DNA of 64,000 nt from Nitrosopumilus sp. Its GTDB lineage: Archaea; Thermoproteota; Nitrososphaeria; Nitrososphaerales; Nitrosopumilaceae. The translations under genes were made by a program, and so were the position numbers. Where the stretch lies: positions 1,376,001 to 1,440,000 of the forward strand of contig OZ241981.1 in the NCBI GenBank assembly GCA_965204345.1, in the 5' to 3' direction. The number at the start of each line of letters is the position of its first letter. Positions within the stretch are counted from its first letter, which is position 1. Shown here piece after piece: positions 43,734 to 59,945 of the stretch. Below the pieces are notes generated by a model. The model did no database searches. It had not been told where the DNA came from and saw only the letters and a program-made list of their open reading frames with translations.

Positions 43734-43931
43734 AAACCCCATGATGCAACCAGAATTATACCAGCCTCTATTTTGTCAAACATGAATTTTGCATCACCGA
43801 TACAATGAAAACGGCAGGACACGGGAAGAAGGCTAAAAAGACTTAAAAATGAAAAACAGGCTACGGTACTTGCTTGACAAAGTCTCAAATATCTGTCTGT
43901 TGTTGCAAAATCCTGACATCTGTGTAATGCC

Positions 43932-45005
43932 ATGGCTAAAAAAAAATCCGCCCTAATAACTGGGATAACGGGTCAGGATGGCGCCTATTTGGCAAGGTTT
44001 CTCTTGAATAAAAATTATGACGTGTACGGAACATTCAGGCGCCTCTCCACGCCGAATTTTTGGAGGCTCATATCACTGGGCATTGATGAGAGCATCAATT
44101 ATATTCCGGCAGACCTTGTGGATGTCTCATCATTAACAGAGTCGCTGAAAATTTCAAACCCCGATGAAGTGTATCATCTGGCCGCCCAAAGTTATGTAGG
44201 ATCCTCATTTGATCAGCCAATAACAAGTGGGGAATACTCTGGTTTGGCAGTTGCAAGAATCTTGGAAAGCGTGAGGAGGGCAGCAGACAAAAAGAAGATC
44301 AAGTTTTATCAAGCCTCCTCAAGTGAGCTGTATGGCAGGGTTGAGGAATCCCCCCAAAATGAGGACACCCCGTTTAGACCACAGAGTCCGTACGCCGCAG
44401 CAAAGCTGTACGGTTACTGGATAACAAAAATGTACCGTGACGGCTATGACATGTTTGCCTCAAATGGAATACTGTTTAATCACGAATCCCCGTTGAGGGG
44501 ACTGGAGTTTGTCACAAGAAAGATTACAAATGCCGTTGCAAAAATCAAGCTGGGATTGCAGAAGAGACTGGTACTTGGAAACCTGGATGCATCAAGGGAT
44601 TGGGGATATGCGCCTGAATACGTCGAATGCATGTGGAGAATAATGCAGCAAAAAAATCCGGATGACTATGTCATTTCTACCAATGAGGCCCATACGGTAA
44701 GAGAGTTTGTGGAGCTGGCCTTCTCACATGTTGATTTGAAATGGGAAAAATACGTAAAATCAGATGATCGGTTTTATAGGATTCTTGAGGTAGATACGCT
44801 AAGGGGGGATTCATCCAAAGCCAAGAGGGAGCTTAGGTGGAGGCCAAAAACCAGGTTTGAGGATTTGGTTAAAATCATGGTAAATGCGGACATTCAGAGA
44901 TGGGAACGCTGGCAGAAAGGCAAGACATTTTCATGGGATGCAATTAATTATATCGACGAAAAGAAGACGCTTTTTAGGACAAGAAAGACAAGCGTGCATT
45001 CGTAA
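43932..45005 (+). CDS. gmd: GDP-mannose 4,6-dehydratase, copy A
   Basis: GITGQDGAYL, LAAQSYV, YQASSSELYG, SPYAAAK, NHESPLRG..FVTRKIT. Confidence 0.95.
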   Translation: MAKKKSALITGITGQDGAYLARFLLNKNYDVYGTFRRLSTPNFWRLISLGIDESINYIPADLVDVSSLTESLKISNPDEVYHLAAQSYVGSSFDQPITSGEYSGLAVARILESVRRAADKKKIKFYQASSSELYGRVEESPQNEDTPFRPQSPYAAAKLYGYWITKMYRDGYDMFASNGILFNHESPLRGLEFVTRKITNAVAKIKLGLQKRLVLGNLDASRDWGYAPEYVECMWRIMQQKNPDDYVISTNEAHTVREFVELAFSHVDLKWEKYVKSDDRFYRILEVDTLRGDSSKAKRELRWRPKTRFEDLVKIMVNADIQRWERWQKGKTFSWDAINYIDEKKTLFRTRKTSVHS

Positions 45006-45194
45006 ATAGGTTGTCCGGCATGTAATGCCGTATGTCAGTCAGGCAATCAGCCGGCATGCATGCATGCATATAGCAGCCGGCTGGCACAGACATACTTGTG
45101 CAAATAATATCCAAGTCAGCCAGCAAGTCAGTGTGTATATATATCATACCTGTCCAAATAACATGCAAGTCAGTCATCATTCTCTTAGTGCTCC

Positions 45195-46172
45195 TCAAGA
45201 CAAGTCTGGGTTAAGAATCCTTTTCTTCTCAATGCTCTTGGTCTTGTCTTGTGGATTATTAAGATACCAAGCAATCAGCTCTTTTAATCCCTCTTCAAAC
45301 TTTATTTGGGGTTTCCAGCCAAACTCGTTTTTAGCTTTAGATATGTCCAACAAGCGTCTTGGTTGACCGTTAGGATGATTGACATCAAAGAGTATTTCCA
45401 AATCCAAATCCATGAGTTTCATTAGTATTTTTGTAAGTTCTAGTATTGTGATTTCATATCCCCCACCAATATTCACAGGGGATGGGTCATTGTAAGATTC
45501 TGAGGCCATTATAATGGCTTGTGCTGCATCAGTTATGTGAAGAAAATCTCGTGAAGCAGAACCGTCACCGAAAAGTGTGATGCTTGGATAATTGTTAATT
45601 TTTGCTTCATGCAGTTTCACAATCAATGCAGGAATTACATGGGACATTTCTGGTGAAAAATTATCTTTGATTCCATACAAATTACTCAATATTATATTAA
45701 TTGCGGTAAAATTGAACTGTGCGGCATATGCATCGGATTGAACAATCAGCATTTTTTTTGCCAGTCCATAGTGGGAATTTGTCTCCTCAGGATAGCCATC
45801 CCAAATATCTTTCTCTAAGGAAGGGAGATGAGTATATTTTGGATAGCTGCACACGGTTCCGATTGAAATGAATTTTTTAACATTTGCCTTTCGTGCTTCC
45901 TCCATCAAATGAGCTCCCATTATTAGGTTGTCATAGAAAACCGAGCCAGGATATTTGGCTGTAAAGCCAATTCCTCCAATAAGTCCGGCAGCATGAAAAA
46001 CAATATCAACGTCTTGTACAATCCTAGCACAGTTTGACTTTTCACGTAAATCGCATTCTTTGGATGTTGGAGTAATTATTTTGTTGGGTTTTTTTTCTTT
46101 TAAGAGAGAGACAATATTTGAACCTAAGAAGCCGTTGGCACCTGTAACTAAGACATTCAATTTATCCCACAT
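45195..46172 (-). CDS. fcl: GDP-L-fucose synthase-like epimerase/reductase
   Basis: GANGFLG, GGIG, GTVCSYPK, YGLAK, NLYG..DNF..SHVIPALI. Confidence 0.9.
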   Translation of the reverse strand: MWDKLNVLVTGANGFLGSNIVSLLKEKKPNKIITPTSKECDLREKSNCARIVQDVDIVFHAAGLIGGIGFTAKYPGSVFYDNLIMGAHLMEEARKANVKKFISIGTVCSYPKYTHLPSLEKDIWDGYPEETNSHYGLAKKMLIVQSDAYAAQFNFTAINIILSNLYGIKDNFSPEMSHVIPALIVKLHEAKINNYPSITLFGDGSASRDFLHITDAAQAIIMASESYNDPSPVNIGGGYEITILELTKILMKLMDLDLEILFDVNHPNGQPRRLLDISKAKNEFGWKPQIKFEEGLKELIAWYLNNPQDKTKSIEKKRILNPDLS

Positions 46173-46219
46173 TTAAGTAATATACAATCATTATGTAATT
46201 AATACTTTTATTTACACTG

Positions 46220-47254
46220 TCTATTGTACGAAAATTATGTCCGCCTAAGCTCAGGCTTCAGACAAGGGATTATTACCGCATATACCGATCACGAATAATG
46301 AAGAGAACCAGACTAAAAGGAGATCAGATTAGATACATCATACGGCAGCATCAAAAGGGCACAGCTGCAGCAGTCTGGCCCAGACCATGCAGGTCAGCGC
46401 AAGACACGTCAGACGCATATGGGCAGCCTACCGCAAGACCGGAAGAATACTCCCCCACAGAAAGGCAGAAAGACCCAGAAAGATACCATCACCTGAGGAT
46501 GTACGTCATGTTCTTAAGACATATGATGATATTCATGCAGTAGTAGTGCGCACGACTCGCCACCTCAGAAAGTCATCTCATATAAGCTACCATACGGTAT
46601 ACCAAATAATGAAATCCAACGGACTGGCCAGACTGTCTCCTGAAAAATCCAAGAAGAGGAAATACGTCAGATACGAGCGACTGTATTCCAATGCAATGTG
46701 GCATGTGGACTGGCCAAAATGAAGGATCCACGCCTGAAAGGACTGCAACTTGTGGCATATCTGGATGATGCATCAAGATGCATAACGGGATTCGAGATAT
46801 TTGAGTGCCACAAGCCAGAACACTGTAGCCGTTTTGCGCAAGGCTATCAAGTCATTTGGCACGCCAGGTCAGATACTTTCAGACAATGGAGCCCAGTTCA
46901 CATCCCGGAACCGCGGTGTACCTGCCAAGGGATGGAAGCCCACCCTGTTTGAGGAGGAAGCTCTAGAGAGGGGTATTGCCCTGATTAACTCGCGCCCCCA
47001 CCACCCGCAGACCAACGGCAAGATTGAAAGATTCTTCAAGACACTTAAGGATGAGATTGTACACTTAAGACAGTAGGGGAGTTCATCGATTTTTACAATG
47101 AGGATAGGTTGCATTTTTCTCTGGACATAGAGAACTGTCAGGTGCCCCTGATGGCATTTAAGGCCAAAAAGGTTCCTGATGCGATCAGGAAAAACAACCA
47201 AAAATGGATGGAGGTGGACATAAATGACTAGCGGACATATTATCATATAATACA
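46220..47254 (+). mobile_element. IS481-family element, variant C, frameshifted
   Basis: TIRs at 46220 and 47254; (CAC)2. Confidence 0.9.
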
Positions 47255-47512
47255 ATCACAATACTAGAACTTACAAAAATACTAATGAAACTCATGGATT
47301 TGGATTTGGAAATACTCTTTGATGTCAATCATCCTAACGGTCAACCAAGACGCTTGTTGGACATATCTAAAGCTAAAAACGAGTTTGGCTGGAAACCCCA
47401 AATAAAGTTTGAAGAGGGATTAAAAGAGCTGATTGCTTGGTATCTTAATAATCCACAAGACAAGACCAAGAGCATTGAGAAGAAAAGGATTCTTAACCCA
47501 GACTTGTCTTGA
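47255..47512 (+). pseudogene. fcl: 3' fragment of fcl starting exactly at the IS end
   Basis: Mirror of 45195-45452. Confidence 0.9.
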
Positions 47513-47701
47513 GGAGCACTAAGAGAATGATGACTGACTTGCATGTTATTTGGACAGGTATGATATATATACACACTGACTTGCTGGCTGACTTGGATAT
47601 TATTTGCACAAGTATGTCTGTGCCAGCCGGCTGCTATATGCATGCATGCATGCCGGCTGATTGCCTGACTGACATACGGCATTACATGCCGGACAACCTA
47701 T

Positions 47702-48775
47702 TTACGAATGCACGCTTGTCTTTCTTGTCCTAAAAAGCGTCTTCTTTTCGTCGATATAATTAATTGCATCCCATGAAAATGTCTTGCCTTTCTGCCAGCG
47801 TTCCCATCTCTGAATGTCCGCATTTACCATGATTTTAACCAAATCCTCAAACCTGGTTTTTGGCCTCCACCTAAGCTCCCTCTTGGCTTTGGATGAATCC
47901 CCCCTTAGCGTATCTACCTCAAGAATCCTATAAAACCGATCATCTGATTTTACGTATTTTTCCCATTTCAAATCAACATGTGAGAAGGCCAGCTCCACAA
48001 ACTCTCTTACCGTATGGGCCTCATTGGTAGAAATGACATAGTCATCCGGATTTTTTTGCTGCATTATTCTCCACATGCATTCGACGTATTCAGGCGCATA
48101 TCCCCAATCCCTTGATGCATCCAGGTTTCCAAGTACCAGTCTCTTCTGCAATCCCAGCTTGATTTTTGCAACGGCATTTGTAATCTTTCTTGTGACAAAC
48201 TCCAGTCCCCTCAACGGGGATTCGTGATTAAACAGTATTCCATTTGAGGCAAACATGTCATAGCCGTCACGGTACATTTTTGTTATCCAGTAACCGTACA
48301 GCTTTGCTGCGGCGTACGGACTCTGTGGTCTAAACGGGGTGTCCTCATTTTGGGGGGATTCCTCAACCCTGCCATACAGCTCACTTGAGGAGGCTTGATA
48401 AAACTTGATCTTCTTTTTGTCTGCTGCCCTCCTCACGCTTTCCAAGATTCTTGCAACTGCCAAACCAGAGTATTCCCCACTTGTTATTGGCTGATCAAAT
48501 GAGGATCCTACATAACTTTGGGCGGCCAGATGATACACTTCATCGGGGTTTGAAATTTTCAGCGACTCTGTTAATGATGAGACATCCACAAGGTCTGCCG
48601 GAATATAATTGATGCTCTCATCAATGCCCAGTGATATGAGCCTCCAAAAATTCGGCGTGGAGAGGCGCCTGAATGTTCCGTACACGTCATAATTTTTATT
48701 CAAGAGAAACCTTGCCAAATAGGCGCCATCCTGACCCGTTATCCCAGTTATTAGGGCGGATTTTTTTTTAGCCAT
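47702..48775 (-). CDS. gmd: GDP-mannose 4,6-dehydratase, copy B
   Basis: Identical translation to copy A. Confidence 0.95.
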   Translation of the reverse strand: MAKKKSALITGITGQDGAYLARFLLNKNYDVYGTFRRLSTPNFWRLISLGIDESINYIPADLVDVSSLTESLKISNPDEVYHLAAQSYVGSSFDQPITSGEYSGLAVARILESVRRAADKKKIKFYQASSSELYGRVEESPQNEDTPFRPQSPYAAAKLYGYWITKMYRDGYDMFASNGILFNHESPLRGLEFVTRKITNAVAKIKLGLQKRLVLGNLDASRDWGYAPEYVECMWRIMQQKNPDDYVISTNEAHTVREFVELAFSHVDLKWEKYVKSDDRFYRILEVDTLRGDSSKAKRELRWRPKTRFEDLVKIMVNADIQRWERWQKGKTFSWDAINYIDEKKTLFRTRKTSVHS

Positions 48776-48973
48776 GGCATTACACAGATGTCAGGATTTT
48801 GCAACAACAGACAGATATTTGAGACTTTGTCAAGCAAGTACCGTAGCCTGTTTTTCATTTTTAAGTCTTTTTAGCCTTCTTCCCGTGTCCTGCCGTTTTC
48901 ATTGTATCGGTGATGCAAAATTCATGTTTGACAAAATAGAGGCTGGTATAATTCTGGTTGCATCATGGGGTTT

Positions 48974-51133
48974 TCATTGTATCGGTGATGCAAAATTCAT
49001 GTTTGACATCCCCCTTAATGCATAGTTGAACTGAAACAATATTGTCACAACGACCAGTATTTTGCCAAATGGCCTTGTCTGGTTGCTCTGGTATATTTTG
49101 TACAACATAACGCTTGCAGGAATGTGGAACGGAATGTTGTAAAATATTCTGGACTGTACGTTGAAATCCCCAAATAAGATTGGCAGCACTGATACCAGCA
49201 ACATCGAAAGGAAGAATCTGTCTGAATGACTCGAGTGCTTTGTTTGCAGGGTCCATACAAATAGCAGGCCTAGCAGCATAAAATTTGTCAGAAACCCCCC
49301 AAGAAAGACAAAAAAAGTGTTATTAAAGTTGGCCCATCTGTTTACAAACTCGTAATAACTAATTGACGAATCTGCTATCAGCAAGTCTTTCTCAAAACTA
49401 TCTGATGTGTTTCCAAAATATGATCTGGACAGATCCACTGAAAGTATGGATAATGTCACTGCCACCAAAATGATACAAATTTTTGCCGACTCTTTTCTGC
49501 GTTTTTTTATTGCCAGTGACCATATGAGGTATAGCATAACTGTTGCCATAAAATAACTCCATGCATACGAATGAAAAAATAACACCAACAGCAGGGTGCC
49601 GCCAAACAGTGTCATGTTTCTAAAATCGTGATGATGATGATGATGATCCTGCCTTCGTACGCACTTGATTAGAAACGTTGAGGAGATTAAAATAAAAATC
49701 AAGGCAAACCAATTTGCGTAAAATGCCGCATAAAACCCGATTACTATCTGCGGTGATACTGACGTGATCACCGATGTGATCACTGCAATCTTCCTGTTCT
49801 GAGGATAGGCAGCCCTCGTAAAGAAATATGTGGATGCTACTAGTAGCGGACCCAGCACTGTTGGCAAATATTTTAAAACAATCTCCTGCTCGTACTGGGA
49901 GATATGGGAGATAAAATATATTGAAAGCAGCGTCAGGGGTCTGGAACCCTCGTTTATTTCAAAGAATGCCAGACGGAGCATGCTCTCAAGGCCGGCAGCC
50001 GAATTAATCGGCCAAAGCCAGCCAGTGTAGTTTTTGACGTCAGTGCCAAATGACTTGTCCGCATCTACTATGGATACTGCGTATGGAAACAATGATATCA
50101 AAACTGACGATATCATTGCCAGCAACAACATCAAGGCAACGTTTCGCGTACTGCCATCAAAATCAATTTTTGAGAGCAAGATGACGGGGCTGTATTTTTT
50201 TAAATTTGTTATTTTCAATGATTTTTGGCCGTTTGCAGTTGGGCTTTTGCCATCAAGATCATCTGAATGTCGTCGTCTTTGAGGCTGCTGCTGCTGCGTG
50301 ATGGCAGTGTCAGTGGTAGTGCCGCTGCCGTCTTTGCCGTTGTTGCCGCCGCCGCTGCTGATGCCTGAATATATTTTTTGTACAAACGGTTTTATCAAAA
50401 AAGACAGGATGCAAAGCAAAAAGATGGACGGAACCATCAGGCCCAGAACATAAAACACGCTGTTTTCCAAAGACACTATGTTCCAACTCCAGTGGTTTTT
50501 GGGCAATTCCAAAACCACAGGCGTTAGAACCCATCTGAGTGCCGCTGCCAATTCAACTAGTAGAATAACTGAAAAAAATACAGACAACGCATGCCTGAAG
50601 CTGTGACCCGTTGCCACCTCTTCTGGTTTCTCCAAGCTAGATGAGCTCTTCTTCTTCTTTTTCTGGCTGTAGTTAGACAAGTAATAACCAACCAAGAATA
50701 ATGTGAGTGCTGTCGGCATTGAGAAGATGAAAACCATTTGAGAAACTTCGAGAAAAAAATCAAAAAACGACGCAGAGATGACCGGTACCAGTAGCATGAC
50801 TGAGAAAGAAACTGATATCTTTTTTCTAAACGACAAGAGCAATGCCGTTGCAAAAATTATGGATGCAAACAGCATGTCGTATTGCAGCGAATCAGTTATC
50901 GTCCATCTGACTACTGCATCCACGTATGTTATTCTGTCGATGGTTGGAAAAATTTTTATCTTTAATATGGTTGCAGTCAGGACCATGTAAAGTAATGCGT
51001 ATGCCGAAAACAGGAAATATGTTAGCAAAAATTCGTTACAGACACCTTGAAAACGTGAGGATGGGGATGACGACGAGGAAGGTATTCGTAGAAAAAAGCC
51101 GGCTGAAAGCATCTTAAATTTAGAGAAATACAA
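48974..51133 (-). CDS. Multi-TM GT-C-like protein, copy B
   Basis: Identical translation to copy A. Confidence 0.6.
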   Translation of the reverse strand: MYFSKFKMLSAGFFLRIPSSSSSPSSRFQGVCNEFLLTYFLFSAYALLYMVLTATILKIKIFPTIDRITYVDAVVRWTITDSLQYDMLFASIIFATALLLSFRKKISVSFSVMLLVPVISASFFDFFLEVSQMVFIFSMPTALTLFLVGYYLSNYSQKKKKKSSSSLEKPEEVATGHSFRHALSVFFSVILLVELAAALRWVLTPVVLELPKNHWSWNIVSLENSVFYVLGLMVPSIFLLCILSFLIKPFVQKIYSGISSGGGNNGKDGSGTTTDTAITQQQQPQRRRHSDDLDGKSPTANGQKSLKITNLKKYSPVILLSKIDFDGSTRNVALMLLLAMISSVLISLFPYAVSIVDADKSFGTDVKNYTGWLWPINSAAGLESMLRLAFFEINEGSRPLTLLSIYFISHISQYEQEIVLKYLPTVLGPLLVASTYFFTRAAYPQNRKIAVITSVITSVSPQIVIGFYAAFYANWFALIFILISSTFLIKCVRRQDHHHHHHDFRNMTLFGGTLLLVLFFHSYAWSYFMATVMLYLIWSLAIKKRRKESAKICIILVAVTLSILSVDLSRSYFGNTSDSFEKDLLIADSSISYYEFVNRWANFNNTFFVFLGGFLTNFMLLGLLFVWTLQTKHSSHSDRFFLSMLLVSVLPILFGDFNVQSRIFYNIPFHIPASVMLYKIYQSNQTRPFGKILVVVTILFQFNYALRGMSNMNFASPIQ

Positions 51134-51179
51134 AATTATTTAATTATAATGTAATGACTGTCTCTCCAGTCCTGCCATA

Positions 51180-56249
<5,070 letters not shown>

Positions 56250-56282
56250 AAATCATGTCTCCCAGTCTGTTTTGTGCAAAAA

Positions 56283-57158
56283 TCATATCTCCCAGTCTAT
56301 TTTGCGCCCCAGCATTATTTCCAGCTTTGTCTTTTCGTCCAGAAATATCTCCCTGAGTTGCGACATGTCAAATTCCGAACTTTTCGGACGCTTTTCCTTT
56401 TTCATCAAAAACATCTCAGCCATCTTTATTATCCTGTCAGTTGGGAGTATTCTGACTACTATCTTCAAAAGTGTCTTGTTTTTTATTACTGCTTTTTGCA
56501 ATCTTCCCCCCGGCACTGCGTACCTGTTATAAACTTCATCCTTAAAATCATGCAATCCGTCTATCTCCAAGAATTCCAAAACCTCCCTTACTGTTTTTTT
56601 GGTATCTTTGATGAATTCCTCAAAAATTATGATTTTTATCTGTTTTTTATCAAACTTGCCGTAATAATTTCCTATATGCTGAGAATACATGCCTGTTTTT
56701 ACAATTGAATGTATGTCTTTTGACAATGATCTTATGCCTGCCTTGACTACCTCCTCAAACGGCAGAATGTCTAATGCATACTTTATCTGATACAGATAAT
56801 CTGAAATTAGCCTCTCATTTGGATTTCTTAAGATCATAATTATCTTGGCATTGGGATTCTTTGCATGTATAGCTCCCGGGGAATCGGGGTCCATAAAGTA
56901 CGTTACGCTGCCTTCCCCTATTATCTGATCCTCTCTTGCGTGCGCAAATAATGACAGGTATTCTTTTTCGGTTTTTATTGGACTTACAATCAGATTCGTC
57001 TGCCGTTTAATGTTTGGCGAAAAATAATGCGACTCTTTGCGCTTTGGCATAAATATTTTGGGATTCTGTTTCAAATACTTGTACAGTGATGTAGTTCCTG
57101 ACCTTGGAGCTCCGACAATAAAGAAATCTGGAAACCGCATGTCCAAAAATATTTTCAA
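56283..57158 (-). CDS. PAPS-dependent sulfotransferase, intact copy B
   Basis: PDFFIVGAPRSGTTSLY, KESHYF, ILRNP.ER.IS. Confidence 0.92.
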   Translation of the reverse strand: MKIFLDMRFPDFFIVGAPRSGTTSLYKYLKQNPKIFMPKRKESHYFSPNIKRQTNLIVSPIKTEKEYLSLFAHAREDQIIGEGSVTYFMDPDSPGAIHAKNPNAKIIMILRNPNERLISDYLYQIKYALDILPFEEVVKAGIRSLSKDIHSIVKTGMYSQHIGNYYGKFDKKQIKIIIFEEFIKDTKKTVREVLEFLEIDGLHDFKDEVYNRYAVPGGRLQKAVIKNKTLLKIVVRILPTDRIIKMAEMFLMKKEKRPKSSEFDMSQLREIFLDEKTKLEIMLGRKIDWEI

Positions 57159-57357
57159 AAGTTAATATCTCTTTCCTGATTTTTTATAAAAAAGGCATTC
57201 TCCTCATTGTGTCTGAAGCCCAAACAGAATGATGTTTATGGTGTTATTTTGATTGCACGAATTTTTTTTGTATGTATGTATGTATGTATTTAAATCATCA
57301 TCCAATGCTGTACAATCCAAAATCATTCTAGGACATGCAGTATCTAAACACTCACTA

Positions 57358-58593
57358 TTATTTCTCTCTCTCCATACAGCTGTTTATCACCTTCATCAAT
57401 CGCTTGCCAATCATCTCTATTGTTAGGTTCTCTAGAACGTACCTTCTTCCGTTTTGACCCAATTCCTCTGCAAGCTTCTCGTCTTTTACCAATTTCAAAA
57501 TCAAATCCGAAACAGTCTTGGGATCCCTTGATGATGTTACAATGCCGCTTTTTGTCCTGTTTACATAGCGTTTTGATTCCCCCTTTGAGATACAAAAGAT
57601 TGGCCTTCCAATCATTTGATAGTCCAATGTCTTTGTAATCAATTCATAGTCAAATCCCCTGACCGGACTTAGGGGCAATAAAAAAATATCCGCGCTGTTT
57701 AGTATCTCGTTATACTTTTCAAATTCGACAAATTTTGTATCTATTTTGACATTTGTAATTTTCTGCTGCTGAACCTGCTGTTTTAGATAATCCTCCCTGT
57801 CTCCCTCGCCCCTGATTATGAACTGTATCGGATACTGCTCTAAAATCTTGGCAGCCTGCAGTATTGTATCAAAATCATATCCGATACTTAGTGCGCCGGC
57901 ATACATTAGAATTTTTTTCCTTCCACTTGGTCCGTCTTGGTGTTGCTCATCCCTTTTGTTTTCATTAGTCCTGAATTTTTCCGTATCTACGCCATGCTCA
58001 ATAACTGTAATTTTTTCTCTTTTGATCTTATATTTTGACTCCAATACGTCTACAGAACCTTCACTTAGTGGCACCACTGCACACGAATTGTCATATGATT
58101 TTTGGGCAATATGGTCTAAAATCTTTCTGAAGATCCTCGACTTGACATATCCCAAGTCATACCATACTTCTGGCCACATGTCATCGACATTACGAATATA
58201 TTTTTTTTTCAGAAAAAAACTGTACACTGCAGCAGGAAATGAAACAAAAAAGCTCGGGTTTGATGCAAAAATTATGTCAGTATCGCGAAATTTCTGCATT
58301 ACCAACAGTGATGAGAGACAAAATGAAAGATGAATTATTACGCGTTTTAAAATGGACGAAAAAGCTAACTTGGGAACCCATGTTCTGTATATTGTCATGC
58401 CGTCAATCTGTTCTTTTGCAACTAGCTTGCCCCTGTATTTTTTTGGAATGTCCCCCTTTGGATAGTGTGGAAACGCAGATACGACAGTTACGTTGTTGCC
58501 TTGGTTCTTTAATGCCTTAGCTGCATTGTGTGCTCTAGTCGATCCGCCGCCTATGTCTGGCCAGAACAGCTGTGCTATGATTAAAACATTCAT
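57358..58593 (-). CDS. GT4 glycosyltransferase, copy B
   Basis: Near-identical to copy A with clustered substitutions. Confidence 0.9.
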   Translation of the reverse strand: MNVLIIAQLFWPDIGGGSTRAHNAAKALKNQGNNVTVVSAFPHYPKGDIPKKYRGKLVAKEQIDGMTIYRTWVPKLAFSSILKRVIIHLSFCLSSLLVMQKFRDTDIIFASNPSFFVSFPAAVYSFFLKKKYIRNVDDMWPEVWYDLGYVKSRIFRKILDHIAQKSYDNSCAVVPLSEGSVDVLESKYKIKREKITVIEHGVDTEKFRTNENKRDEQHQDGPSGRKKILMYAGALSIGYDFDTILQAAKILEQYPIQFIIRGEGDREDYLKQQVQQQKITNVKIDTKFVEFEKYNEILNSADIFLLPLSPVRGFDYELITKTLDYQMIGRPIFCISKGESKRYVNRTKSGIVTSSRDPKTVSDLILKLVKDEKLAEELGQNGRRYVLENLTIEMIGKRLMKVINSCMEREK

Positions 58594-58816
58594 GCTTATG
58601 CGCTAAAAAAATCATTATATATACATTATAAGTTGCAGACATACATTGCAACTTGCTTCTTCCTTAAATTTTCTTAAGGAAGAAAAACAAAAAGTCAAAA
58701 GACAAAAATGATTTATGTGCATGATGCTCAACCTCTAACTAAAAAATTAACAATCCTATGTCATGTCATTTTAAATAAAGGCAGCTAGTTTGCACCGTCT
58801 ATTGTTTACTTACTTC

Positions 58817-59851
58817 TTACTTGCTCTCCCCTTCTCCCTGACTATCCACACTATTACCACTACCACTACTGCGGCCACGACGACCCTCATTACTAATCCA
58901 CTCTATGGTCTTTTTTAATCCTGTCAGTATATCGACTCTTGGGTTATACTTTAGGACATTTTGCATTTTGGACAAATCTGGCTGAAAGTATGCCGTCTGA
59001 CCGCTTTGCTTAACCTGGTATTTTATTTTGATGTTCAAAGAAGAAGAAGAAGAAGAAGAAGAAGAAGAAGAGCTGCCAATCAAATCTGAGATTATCCTTG
59101 CCATCTCGTCAATCTTAAAGTTGTCCGTTGAGCAGAGGTTAAATGTCTCCTTTGAGAATTTTCCCTCTACTGTCAGCTCAATGGCATCAATCAGGTCATC
59201 AATGTAAATAAAATTCAATGTCTGACCGCCTCCAAAGATAATGATCTCTTCGTTGATCAAGGCACTGTTGATCATCTCGTACAATCCCGAAACCCTTCCA
59301 TGCGGCCCATATACGTTTGTGGGCCGCAATATTATGTAATCAAGGTCATACATGTCTGAAAAATATCTGATCATATTTTCTGCAATCATCTTTGTAATTC
59401 CCAGTATGTTGTTTGGACACAGTGTATCGTTTTCGCTGCTGCATGCACCTTTTTGGCTTTCCCCGTAAACCTCTCTTGATGATATGAAAATCAACTTTGA
59501 GTTTGATCTTAAACAGCCTTGGATGACGTTATATGTTCCATAGACATTGGTGCCAAACGTATCTGTTGGATTATCATTGCAGTTTTTGAGCCCGGTCTGA
59601 CCTGCTGCATTAACTACAATATCGGGTTTGTACTTCTCCAAAAGTCCGATGATGCGGCTGTCTTTCATGTCGATTATTTCTGTCTTGTTGCCCTTCTCAT
59701 CCTCCCTGTCTTTGCCTTTATCATCACCGTCTTTATCATGTCTGCCTCTTGAGTTTCGCGTAAAAACTATCACCTCATGTTTCTCTGAGAGTCTGCCAGC
59801 TAATTCTTTTCCAATAAAGCCGGTGCTGCCCCCAATTATCACAATCTTCAT
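58817..59851 (-). CDS. NAD-dependent sugar epimerase/dehydratase (extended SDR)
   Basis: GGSTGFIG, SSREVYG, LRPTNVYG; the usual YxxxK reads LGITK. Confidence 0.85.
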   Translation of the reverse strand: MKIVIIGGSTGFIGKELAGRLSEKHEVIVFTRNSRGRHDKDGDDKGKDREDEKGNKTEIIDMKDSRIIGLLEKYKPDIVVNAAGQTGLKNCNDNPTDTFGTNVYGTYNVIQGCLRSNSKLIFISSREVYGESQKGACSSENDTLCPNNILGITKMIAENMIRYFSDMYDLDYIILRPTNVYGPHGRVSGLYEMINSALINEEIIIFGGGQTLNFIYIDDLIDAIELTVEGKFSKETFNLCSTDNFKIDEMARIISDLIGSSSSSSSSSSSSLNIKIKYQVKQSGQTAYFQPDLSKMQNVLKYNPRVDILTGLKKTIEWISNEGRRGRSSGSGNSVDSQGEGESK

Positions 59852-59945
59852 TATACTTTCACGATCATTGAATAATGCAAACTCTCATAATAAAACTTTG
59901 AAGACACGTTAACTTTTTATATTGACATAGGAGGGTGAAGGTTAC

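Noticed and set aside
45091-45179. Degenerate 35-bp direct repeat with a 19-bp gap as another spacer-like insertion
   Set aside because: The gap is too short and low in complexity and there is no empty allele, so it was not counted
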